Assembly (NCBI GenBank): GCA_903908245.1 | Contig: CAIVRE010000011.1 | Span: forward strand, 2,411 to 66,410 | Length of the DNA stretch: 64,000 bases | Source: Candidatus Omnitrophota bacterium | GTDB lineage: Bacteria > Omnitrophota > Gorgyraeia > Zapsychrales > Fredricksoniimonadaceae | Reading direction: 5' to 3' | Shown here: positions 48,687-57,234 of the stretch, in pieces | How positions within the stretch are numbered: position 1 is the stretch's first letter | Layout of the letters: every line of letters begins with the position of its first letter | Made by a program: the position numbers and the translations under genes | Notes under the pieces: model-generated | Databases searched by the model: none | What the model saw: the letters and a program-made list of their open reading frames with translations, nothing else | Told to the model about the DNA's origin: nothing

Positions 48687-49425
48687 GTGACAATCCTTTC
48701 AAAACTTTGTACACATCTTTTAAAGTTTCATACGGAATGAATTTCTTGCCCTTATTGCGTAGATATTCGGCCAGGCTGTCTTTGGCAAAAACCATGTGCG
48801 CTGAAAGAGAGGCGCAATAATCCGAACGGCCGTCACCGATATAAACCAGCACTTTCTTAAGGCTGTCTTCATTGCACAAGAGTGATGTCTTACAGTTGGC
48901 GCAACGCAGGCATGCCTGGTTTCGATATGGGAATGAGGGAATAAGGCGGTCCCCTTCAATGCGCAGAGAGTTCGCCAGGATATTGATCCCCTGTACGTCA
49001 TGATTTTTCAATATTGTTTCGATCAGCAGATCAAAACTGTCGCTGGCGATCAGCGGGGCCACCCCCGCCTTCTTTAAAAGATTAAAAATGCGATAAAAAT
49101 CAGGGTCGATCGCGATGCCCAGGAGATATTCTCTCAGTTTCTCTTGTGTAACGCGTACCGATCGGAATTGGCCGCGCAGGCATTCTTCCGAACCGATCTC
49201 GCCGGACTGCCAGCGCTGCTCAAGATCCCGCCATTTTTGGTCGACGGCAAAATGTTCGATCAGGTCATCGATCACATCGATCTTTGATATTGTGTGGTCA
49301 AAATCAAAGAAAAAACGGCACTGGGACAGGTTCAGGCGTTGTTCTATGGCGTCCGACATGTCCCATCCGGTGGATGAAGCGCGTAACAGGGAACTTGTCT
49401 TTTCAGAGAGAGACAGATCAAGCAT
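48679..49425 (-). CDS. MtnX-like HAD-IB phosphatase
   Basis: DFDHTIS (DxDxT), ASD, CLRCANCK, YIGDGRSD. Start uncertain (49458, 49425 or later). Confidence 0.85.
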   Translation of the reverse strand: MLDLSLSEKTSSLLRASSTGWDMSDAIEQRLNLSQCRFFFDFDHTISKIDVIDDLIEHFAVDQKWRDLEQRWQSGEIGSEECLRGQFRSVRVTQEKLREYLLGIAIDPDFYRIFNLLKKAGVAPLIASDSFDLLIETILKNHDVQGINILANSLRIEGDRLIPSFPYRNQACLRCANCKTSLLCNEDSLKKVLVYIGDGRSDYCASLSAHMVFAKDSLAEYLRNKGKKFIPYETLKDVYKVLKGLSHE

Positions 49426-50317
49426 GTGCCGGCTCCAAGTGCGGGACAATGTGTTCAAAAAATTGCTGCATTTTTTCTAAGACGGTGCCCCGTTCCTGGT
49501 CTGCAGTAATTATATGGTAGGAATTTTCCAGGATCACAAGTTCCTTTTGCCGGGAAGCCACATGGTCATAAATAAATTGGCCGTTCTTTACGCTGGTCAT
49601 GTCGTCATCTTTTGCCTGAATGACCTGGACCGGTGTTGTGATCCGGGGAAGCCTGGTCCTAAGATGCTTCACCAGGAGTTCCATCTGTCGCAGAAGGCTG
49701 ACCGGAAAGTAGGGGTAGCCAAAACGATCAATATCAGAAGTGTCATCGGCATTGATCTTGGTAAAATATTCGTGTGCTTTTTGACGGACGGCCGCATTCT
49801 TTATTCCGTATGGAGGGCTTTCCTGAAAAAAAACGACACGATGGAGCTGAGACCAGTACAGGGCCGGGAGAAAACAGCGGTACCACGGGCAATTCCATCC
49901 GTCATAAAACAGTGTCGGAGACAGGCAACTTACGCCGGAAATCGCCTGCGGGAATTCATCGGCTAACAAAAGCGCCAATAAAGCGCCCATCGAGAGCCCC
50001 CCGACGAAAATAGTGTCGCTGTGCTCCCTGGCTTTGAAATACGCCTGGCGGACGGTTGCGTAAAAATCCTGCCACGGGGTATTTTTTAGTACGTTTAAGG
50101 GACGGTCATGATTGGCCAGCCGCGGGCATGATATTGAGAAACCGCCGCGATTGAGCCGGCTGGCAAGGAAACGCATTTCGTTCGGTGTCCCGGTCAAGCC
50201 ATGAATAAGAATGACCGCCTTGCCGTTGCGGCCACGAATGGAGATATTGCGTCCAACGGGAATAGTGATCGATTCCTTGAGGGCTTTGGAGATCTGGAAA
50301 GAGAATTTAACGGCCAT
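49418..50317 (-). CDS. Alpha/beta-fold hydrolase (carboxylesterase/lysophospholipase-like)
   Basis: HGLTG, GLSMG nucleophile elbow, DDMT, SYHIIT. Confidence 0.88.
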   Translation of the reverse strand: MAVKFSFQISKALKESITIPVGRNISIRGRNGKAVILIHGLTGTPNEMRFLASRLNRGGFSISCPRLANHDRPLNVLKNTPWQDFYATVRQAYFKAREHSDTIFVGGLSMGALLALLLADEFPQAISGVSCLSPTLFYDGWNCPWYRCFLPALYWSQLHRVVFFQESPPYGIKNAAVRQKAHEYFTKINADDTSDIDRFGYPYFPVSLLRQMELLVKHLRTRLPRITTPVQVIQAKDDDMTSVKNGQFIYDHVASRQKELVILENSYHIITADQERGTVLEKMQQFFEHIVPHLEPAHA

Positions 50318-50378
50318 AGGTTGATCGCGAACAGAGATCGACAGATCAGGCTGCTCTTGTTTAAAGATTTATGCGTTA

Positions 50379-50412
50379 AGTATAACTTAATGAACATTAA
50401 GTTAAGATTAAG
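50379..50412 (-). promoter_or_regulatory. OmpR-family (PmrA/BasR-type) direct-repeat box plus -10 element
   Basis: Minus strand CTTAAT-CTTAA-CTTAAT (50412-50396), then 11 nt, then TATACT (50384-50379). Confidence 0.65.
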
Positions 50413-50465
50413 AATGTCTTTGATTTTCTTAATGTTGGGAATGGCGATCTGTGCGCGAATGGACT

Positions 50466-51902
50466 TCAGGTCTGGTGGATCGGGATAGAAATAATGAATG
50501 TTGTGCCTTGGGCAGGTTCACTTTCGACCCGGATGGTCCCTTTGTGCGCGGTCACGATCCCTTTGGCAATACTTAGGCCAAGGCCGAATCCCGGGCTGCT
50601 TCGTGATTTCTCAGCGCGGAAGAATCTGTCAAAGACCCGTGGCAGATCTTCTTTGGCGATGCCTATTCCTGTGTCATTGACCGTGATCTCACCCAAAGGA
50701 CCCTTTTGACTGACCCTGATGGAGATATGGCCATCCTGAGGAGTGTATTTCACAGCATTATCGATAATATTGCAAAGCACCCGCCTAAGCTGGCCTTTAT
50801 CTGCGTCTATCACCACCTCATTACTTGATAACAGGGCTAATGTTATCCCTTTCTGCTCGGCCTGAGGCTGGGCATCACTGATAACCTGCCGCATTATGTC
50901 TGTCAGGTCTTCTTTCTGGAATTTTAGATTGATCTCAGCGCTGTCGAGCTGTGCCAGGGTCAGCAGGTTCTCGACCAGTGCGTTCATTTTATCGATCTCT
51001 TCGAGGTTGACAGACAGGATATCCTGGTATTCCTCCTGGGTCCGTTGTTTGTTCAGGGCGATCTCCTGTTTCCCTTTTAGGACGGTCAGCGGAGTCCTTA
51101 ATTCGTGTGAAACATCCTGGATGAGTTGTTGCTGAAGAGAAAAAGCATTGTCAAGACGGGTAAGCATGTCATTGAAGGTTTCGGCAAGCCTTCGGGTCTC
51201 ATCATTGACAGCGGGGATATTGATCCGTTGTTTTAAATTCCGGGAGGTGATCTGGCGCATGGTCCTGGTCATATTATCGACCGGTTTCAGTGTTGCCCTG
51301 GTCAGGAAGAATCCCATTATCGTAACCAGGATCATGGCTAAAGGCAGGAAGAATACCAGGACGGTCTTGATCCGGCCCAGTTTGACACATAGCGGCCTTA
51401 AAGACGCCGTGACCTGAATGAAATGGGAATTGCCGTCTTCTTTGACACGCAGGACGAGCGTTCTAAAAGGCCAAATTTCATTCTTGGACGAAGGAAATCC
51501 GGGAGTGTCAAAGAATGTTTCCCCGGGGACCGAGGCTTTCATCAGTGACATTGGGAAGAACATATTACTGGACCGGACCACTTCTTTGCCATCCTGGCGG
51601 AAGACCTGGATGAACAGCCCGTCTCCCCTGCTCCATTCCACGGCATTATGAAGAGTGCTTGTAAATTCCACGTTGGAGAAATCAACAGTCGTTTCATTCT
51701 TTTTGTTACGTATTGCGTCTTTAAGCTCTTCATCAATGACCTGCGCGATGTCCTGGGCTCTGGATTCCAGTAAATGATCGAAATCTTTGTTTAAAACGCG
51801 GCTGAAATTAACATACAGGAATATGCTCAAAATACCGGCGATGACCCCCAGGGCAAGGACATACCAGAATGTCATCCTGAAATATATCGAATTGATCAGC
51901 AT
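50466..51902 (-). CDS. Sensor histidine kinase (HAMP-HisKA-HATPase; CusS/QseC-like)
   Basis: 2 TM helices, HAMP domain, SHELRTPL, NIIDNAVKY, DTGIG, GFGLGL. Confidence 0.95.
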   Translation of the reverse strand: MLINSIYFRMTFWYVLALGVIAGILSIFLYVNFSRVLNKDFDHLLESRAQDIAQVIDEELKDAIRNKKNETTVDFSNVEFTSTLHNAVEWSRGDGLFIQVFRQDGKEVVRSSNMFFPMSLMKASVPGETFFDTPGFPSSKNEIWPFRTLVLRVKEDGNSHFIQVTASLRPLCVKLGRIKTVLVFFLPLAMILVTIMGFFLTRATLKPVDNMTRTMRQITSRNLKQRINIPAVNDETRRLAETFNDMLTRLDNAFSLQQQLIQDVSHELRTPLTVLKGKQEIALNKQRTQEEYQDILSVNLEEIDKMNALVENLLTLAQLDSAEINLKFQKEDLTDIMRQVISDAQPQAEQKGITLALLSSNEVVIDADKGQLRRVLCNIIDNAVKYTPQDGHISIRVSQKGPLGEITVNDTGIGIAKEDLPRVFDRFFRAEKSRSSPGFGLGLSIAKGIVTAHKGTIRVESEPAQGTTFIISIPIHQT

Positions 51903-51903
51903 G

Positions 51904-52572
51904 TCATGTCCTTATCATGTATCCGCGGCCTCTGATGGTCTCGATGAGCTGTTTCTTGCGGCCGGAATCGATCTTTTTACGCAAAGCGTTGATATGGACA
52001 TCAATGACATTGGTGGTTGTATCAAAATTGACATCCCACACATGTTCCGAGATCGCTGTCCTCGTGACCACTTCGTTCGCGTGTTGTAGCAGGAATTCAA
52101 GAAGAAAGAATTCTTTTGTCGTCAGAATGATCTCTTCCCCTCCTCTTATGGTTTTGTGTGCGGCTACATCTATCATGAGATCGTCGGCCTGCAGAATGAG
52201 CGCTGTTTCGACACGGCTTTGTCTTAACAGGGCACGGATCCTGGCCAGCAGCTCTTTAAAGGCAAAAGGTTTTGTCAGGTAATCGTTGGCTCCGGCATCC
52301 AGCCCGGCGACTTTATTGTCCACGCTGTGTTTTGCGGTCAGCATAATGATCGGGATACTGATCTTGTCCCGCCGAAGGTTCTTGCAAAGGGTAAGGCCGT
52401 CGATCTTCGGGATCATCAGGTCCAGGATAATGACGTCATAAGATTCCGTGCCGGCCAGAAAATATCCTTTTTCGCCGTCATAAGCCACATCGACGGCATA
52501 GCCTTCTTCTTTTAAACCCTGCCGGATAAAGTCGGCAATATGTTTCTCATCTTCAATGACAAGTATCCGCAT
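51904..52572 (-). CDS. OmpR-family response regulator
   Basis: IEDE, LDLMIP, MLTA, KPF; winged helix NVIDVHINALRKK, TIRGRGY. Confidence 0.95.
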   Translation of the reverse strand: MRILVIEDEKHIADFIRQGLKEEGYAVDVAYDGEKGYFLAGTESYDVIILDLMIPKIDGLTLCKNLRRDKISIPIIMLTAKHSVDNKVAGLDAGANDYLTKPFAFKELLARIRALLRQSRVETALILQADDLMIDVAAHKTIRGGEEIILTTKEFFLLEFLLQHANEVVTRTAISEHVWDVNFDTTTNVIDVHINALRKKIDSGRKKQLIETIRGRGYMIRT

Positions 52573-53290
52573 CCTGGCTCCAGTCCATATTATGTTTCTC
52601 CGGCAGTATCCGGACCCCTTCCACCCAGCATTCTCTTGAGGCTTTGGAAGGGGTTTTGGCGATCCTGGCCTTCAGTTTTTGAAGAGCCGCCTGTTGACCT
52701 TCGCACAGCGGGTTAAAAAGCGGTACTGCACTCATGTCGTTAACCAGGATCGTGGCCGGCGACGTAATATCCCCGGCCTTCTTCAAGGCCCGCCCCATCA
52801 GTGAGTAGAGGCTCCCCGGTTCATCGGCCAGGATCTCGGCAGAGGCAGTAAGACTTATTTTACCCCAGGCCTCCTCCACCAGTTTGCGCAGGATACCATA
52901 TACCGAGGAATAACGGATCATTATTTCTTCACCCGGGCGTAATCTGAGGGAGGAATTCACCAGGACCTGGGCAAGTTCATTGAAATTGAAACTGCGCAAT
53001 TCCTTGAGGGCATTGAATGCCAGCAGTTCAAAGGAATAGATCCCCCTGGCACGGCCAGCCGCGTCTTTGACCGCCCGATTTAAAAGGTCTTTGGCCCCTT
53101 CCCACATCAATGCTTCATCCCGGCGGATAATGTTGGCGACAAGAATGACGTGGTCTGTCCCATGTGTAACCGCTTTATATTTTTGGAAATGCGGCAGAAG
53201 GATACCCTGATAAAGAAGCGTTTCGTTCTTCGGCAGTCCCGAAAAGAGGCAGCAGGAAGAGAACTCTGTTGTCATCAGGTCGATCGGCAT
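52553..53290 (-). CDS. Hypothetical protein
   Basis: 245-aa ORF that fills the space between the GH26 gene and the response regulator, abutting one and overlapping the other. No motif recognised. Confidence 0.6.
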   Translation of the reverse strand: MPIDLMTTEFSSCCLFSGLPKNETLLYQGILLPHFQKYKAVTHGTDHVILVANIIRRDEALMWEGAKDLLNRAVKDAAGRARGIYSFELLAFNALKELRSFNFNELAQVLVNSSLRLRPGEEIMIRYSSVYGILRKLVEEAWGKISLTASAEILADEPGSLYSLMGRALKKAGDITSPATILVNDMSAVPLFNPLCEGQQAALQKLKARIAKTPSKASRECWVEGVRILPEKHNMDWSQDADTCH

Positions 53291-53291
53291 A

Positions 53292-54257
53292 TTATCTCAA
53301 CGATTTGAATAATCTTATCGAGGCGTGAAGATACTTGTTCTGGAGGACCTCATGGGTCCACTTCATCCTGACGAACTCGTTGGCCTGGACCCTGGCGTCG
53401 CCCCAGCCTTGCCCTTTGAACATCGGGATGGCTTCCCAGTCAAAATTGATATAGGAAACGATCTGGACCTTCTCATCGGTGATGAATTGAAAGAATGGGG
53501 CGAACCAATGATCCCAGGAGGCTTCGCCATAACCTGTTCCGATGCCTTTAGGGGTTGATTCCGCGATCATGAACCCTTTATGATGTTCGCGCGCGAGCGC
53601 CGCAAATCCTTTCATGTAACTGTTCGGCTTTCCGAAGACGGAGACGGCGAACCAGTCCACATAATCATCCCCCGGGTACCAGTCTTCCCAGGGATGTTGC
53701 GGGAGGTTGGCATAGGAATGCCAGACAAAAGCCGCATTGGTGACCGCGGATTTCCTGAACCGGTCGACGATATAACGGAAGGCCTGGCGGTAGGCTTCGG
53801 GGGCATACCTGTTCTCCGGAAGGTCGAATTCATAACCGATACGCAGGAATACCGGCCTTTTTGCTTTTTTGATCCATGCACCGAGCCTGTCGATATTCCC
53901 GTCGTATTTGCCCTGGATGATCCCGTCAAGGCCGTCGACCATCCAGAGGCCGATCTGAAGGACGCTGTTCGGGTACTGATCGAGCAGATACTGCCCATGA
54001 TGGATCCCGCCGCCATTATTCACGGCTGTTTCCAGCCCTTCGGTATCCTGGATCGAGGTATACAGCATTGTCCCTCCGGGGACAGCTTTGATGGCGGCAA
54101 CATAATCATCGATCGAGGCTTTATCCTGTCCGATAATAAGAAGGACCTGCCCTTCCGGCGGAGCGAAGGGCACCTTGCGGGTTTCCGCTGCGCAATCGCT
54201 TGTGCCTGTGAAAGACAGTATCCCGATCAGGGAGAATAATATCGGGATCAGTTTCAT
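53292..54257 (-). CDS. Secreted glycoside hydrolase family 26 (beta-1,3-xylanase/mannanase-like)
   Basis: Signal peptide MKLIPILFSLIG; PVFLRIGYEFD (acid/base Glu), WHS, WYPGDDYVDW, MIAEST (nucleophile Glu). Confidence 0.82.
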   Translation of the reverse strand: MKLIPILFSLIGILSFTGTSDCAAETRKVPFAPPEGQVLLIIGQDKASIDDYVAAIKAVPGGTMLYTSIQDTEGLETAVNNGGGIHHGQYLLDQYPNSVLQIGLWMVDGLDGIIQGKYDGNIDRLGAWIKKAKRPVFLRIGYEFDLPENRYAPEAYRQAFRYIVDRFRKSAVTNAAFVWHSYANLPQHPWEDWYPGDDYVDWFAVSVFGKPNSYMKGFAALAREHHKGFMIAESTPKGIGTGYGEASWDHWFAPFFQFITDEKVQIVSYINFDWEAIPMFKGQGWGDARVQANEFVRMKWTHEVLQNKYLHASIRLFKSLR

Positions 54258-54490
54258 GTGCTTTTGATCCCGGGATTTAAAGAGTGGATATACAGGGCTT
54301 CGACCTTCTTTCTGGCCCACGGCGTCTGGCGCAGGAATGCCAGGCTGGACTTCATACTGGGGCCTTTGGCAAAGCAATTGATCCTGATCCGCCGGGACAT
54401 ATTCTCCCAGCCGTATTTTTCGACGAGAGATGTCAGGATCGCTTCGAGAGTTATTCCATGCAATGGGTCTTTATGTTTTATGTCGGGCAT
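54254..54490 (-). CDS. VF530/DUF2132-family small DNA-binding protein
   Basis: DPLHGITLE, YGW, INCF, SSLAFLRQTPWARKKVEALY. Confidence 0.85.
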   Translation of the reverse strand: MPDIKHKDPLHGITLEAILTSLVEKYGWENMSRRIRINCFAKGPSMKSSLAFLRQTPWARKKVEALYIHSLNPGIKST

Positions 54491-54509
54491 ACAGGTTCCG
54501 GGAGCGGGG

Positions 54510-56411
54510 TTATAGACCCGTAATTTCCTTATCTTTAAGTTGCAGTTTGAGTGTTTCGAGTTCGTTCTTCAGGCTGATGATCCGTTCTTCACGGTTCACG
54601 CTGGCTTTGAAAAAGACATCGAGTTCGTGCAGCTGTTGTTCTTTTTCTGTTTCCGTATTCTTCCGTTCGGTGATGTTCACCAGCGAAAAGAGTATATGCC
54701 GTTCATTCTTGAATTCGATCGGGCTGGCATTGATCTCCAGCCAGGCAAGTTTCTTTTCTCCGCCCGGTGAAGATATTATTAAGGGGATCTCTTCTCCCCG
54801 TATGTTCTGGCCGGTCTTAAGGACCCTGTCGGCGGTTTTGCCAAGCGTGTTCTTCGATTCATTATCCGCGCTGGAGAAAAATTTCTGTCCGCACATGTTA
54901 AGGACGACCTGGTTCAGGCGTTTGACCTCGCAGTTGCTGTCTACCAGCAAAAGGCCGACCTGTGTTGAATCAAAGATCGCTTCCAGGTTTTTTTGTTCCT
55001 CTTCCAGTTGGGCCATAAGCTTCTTGAGCTTGAGTTCCCCGGCCTGCGCGTCCTGGCTGACCTCGCGTTCACGTCTGTAGGAGAAAAAAGATCCGATAAA
55101 AAGAACGGTGAACAGGAGCGTGGTCAATATAGGGGAAAGGCGATGACGCTGGATCATTAAAGCCCATTCATTGGCGTCATAATCCATTCCGATGACCGCG
55201 ATGATCTTTCCGTTTGTCGGATCGTGGATCGCGGCCAGGCTGGAAATGAACGTTCCCCATTTGCCTGTCTCCGGGCCGACCGTGACAGCCCCACCGGAGC
55301 GGAATATTTGCCCAAGGAGCTTGGCATCTTCCCGGTACTTCTCTCCCGGGATAGCGAAGGGCTCGGAAGATGTTTTCTTTCCTGGTGGTGCCACGTCGAT
55401 CAGAAAGACATTCTTTCCGTTCTCGAGACCGAAGAGATAGACGGAAAGCACTCCCGGCTGGGTTTTAAGGATGTTGTGGAACTGTTGTTGAATGAACTTA
55501 TAATTATTATTTTCAAGATCATCCGGAGTCCCGGAAAGCGCCTTGATACGCGCAGGATCAACCATTGCGGCCGCGACCGTGACACGGTTAAGCAGGGCCT
55601 GACGTTCTTTCGTTTCTGTGTTCTGGTGGATATACTCAACAAGGATCCATCCAACCAGCAAAACAGCGATGAGACCTATCGTGAGCCATGGTTTCTTTTG
55701 GGCCTTATTTTTTACATTTGTCCCTGTTAATAGGGCAAGCCTCTCTTCGGTATATTCTCTCCAGGCCATGGCCGCCAATATGCCGGCGAGAGCCATCCGC
55801 GGGAGCTGGAGGGGGAATCCCATTACAGCGATGAACGTGTTCGTATTGATCAGTGAGGCGGGCAGAAAAGCTCCCCCTGTTGGGGCAATGAATTGCGTTG
55901 TTGCGTAACACCCCAGTAGCCAGGCGAAGGGTGTCAGGGAATGGCTTTTAGGGCTTGATTGGGCCATTGATGTCATGATGGCCCTGGCTGCCAGGAGTCC
56001 GCCGATAAAGCCGAGGATATAGCGTGAAAGAATATCAATGCCTGTCAGTCCATCCATCATCCATCCGAAGCCAAGTATAATAAACAAAAGAGGTGCATAT
56101 ATCCATTTCCCGAATATCTTTCCCCAGCGCTTTTGCGCTTCTTCCCGGGCGATCTCGATGAAACACAGGAAAGACAAGACCAGAAAAGTAACCTTGAGGG
56201 GTATCAACGGGATGTTGTCTTCAAGGCTCAGGGCGCACATGTCCAGCCATTCCGTGACCCCGTGCAGGAGTCCGAACAGGGCGATCCATTTCCAGAAGGT
56301 CTGGAAGGGGCGCAAGCGATAAATAAAGTGCGATGTTATGGCCAAAAGGAGGAATGCCAGGCCGTAAACAAAGAAAATATAATCTGTTTGAGCAGTAAAG
56401 AATTCACGCAT
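54510..56411 (-). CDS. Membrane sensor protein (multi-TM, extracytoplasmic Cache-like, PAS) with no kinase output domain
   Basis: About 7 N-terminal TM helices, periplasmic domain (PGEKY, GPETGKWG), PAS ending NITERK, short terminal coiled coil NREERIISLK. Confidence 0.75.
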   Translation of the reverse strand: MREFFTAQTDYIFFVYGLAFLLLAITSHFIYRLRPFQTFWKWIALFGLLHGVTEWLDMCALSLEDNIPLIPLKVTFLVLSFLCFIEIAREEAQKRWGKIFGKWIYAPLLFIILGFGWMMDGLTGIDILSRYILGFIGGLLAARAIMTSMAQSSPKSHSLTPFAWLLGCYATTQFIAPTGGAFLPASLINTNTFIAVMGFPLQLPRMALAGILAAMAWREYTEERLALLTGTNVKNKAQKKPWLTIGLIAVLLVGWILVEYIHQNTETKERQALLNRVTVAAAMVDPARIKALSGTPDDLENNNYKFIQQQFHNILKTQPGVLSVYLFGLENGKNVFLIDVAPPGKKTSSEPFAIPGEKYREDAKLLGQIFRSGGAVTVGPETGKWGTFISSLAAIHDPTNGKIIAVIGMDYDANEWALMIQRHRLSPILTTLLFTVLFIGSFFSYRREREVSQDAQAGELKLKKLMAQLEEEQKNLEAIFDSTQVGLLLVDSNCEVKRLNQVVLNMCGQKFFSSADNESKNTLGKTADRVLKTGQNIRGEEIPLIISSPGGEKKLAWLEINASPIEFKNERHILFSLVNITERKNTETEKEQQLHELDVFFKASVNREERIISLKNELETLKLQLKDKEITGL

Positions 56412-56437
56412 ATATTTTTTCCTAAAGACGCATTAGG

Positions 56438-56809
56438 TCAAGAATCCAGGATCTGCCGGACTATTTTCATTAGCTTCCGGATATCTCCGGCTTTTGAAAT
56501 ATAAGTGCGGTTAGGGAACTTGCTGCTTTGTTTCATGGCTTCCTCTTCGGAAATGGCGCCGGTCAGGAAGATCACCGGGATATAGCTTGTTTTTTCATTC
56601 TCCAGCAGATTGGCCGCGATATCCCCCCCGTCCATTCCGGGCATCATGACGTCCAGAATGATCAGGTCGGGAGCAGACTTCTTTGCCAGGTCGATGGCAT
56701 TGATCCCGTTGGTCGCTGTCAGGACCTCGAAACCTTCCCGGGAAAGGAATTTGGACATCATATCGAGGATGTTCTTTTCATTGTCAACTACGAGCACTTT
56801 TTTTGCCAT
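56438..56809 (-). CDS. Single-domain response regulator
   Basis: VVDNE, ILDVMMPGMDG, FLTG, ISK. Confidence 0.9.
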   Translation of the reverse strand: MAKKVLVVDNEKNILDMMSKFLSREGFEVLTATNGINAIDLAKKSAPDLIILDVMMPGMDGGDIAANLLENEKTSYIPVIFLTGAISEEEAMKQSSKFPNRTYISKAGDIRKLMKIVRQILDS

Positions 56810-56856
56810 TTAGAAAACCCCCTCTTATTCTATGATCCTTGTTGTTGATAAATAAA

Positions 56857-57234
56857 TTACAGGCTCATCCCCAGTTTATTTTTGACCATGGCCAGGAGGA
56901 TGAACAGGTCGACCGGTTTATATACCACATCTTCCAGCTGTATCCCCAGTGTTTCCGGGTTGACATTGGTCTTGTTCCAGGCGGTGTTCCCTGTCAAGAG
57001 GAGGACCGGGCTTGTATTTTTCAGGCTTTTTTTCTCCTTGAGAACATCTGCTCCGGTCACTTTAGGCATTGTCATGTCCAGGATCATCAGGTCGATCAGT
57101 ATGCCGGATTTAAGCAGGCGTACCGCCTCTTCCCCGCCGGAGGCCAGGGTGACCTCGAACCCCGTTCGGGTGAAGAAGGAGGCCAGGAGCCCGCGGATCT
57201 GTTCTTCGTCATCGACCACCAGGATCCTAGCCAT
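56857..57234 (-). CDS. Single-domain response regulator
   Basis: VVDDE, ILDMTMP, LLTG, YKP. Confidence 0.9.
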   Translation of the reverse strand: MARILVVDDEEQIRGLLASFFTRTGFEVTLASGGEEAVRLLKSGILIDLMILDMTMPKVTGADVLKEKKSLKNTSPVLLLTGNTAWNKTNVNPETLGIQLEDVVYKPVDLFILLAMVKNKLGMSL

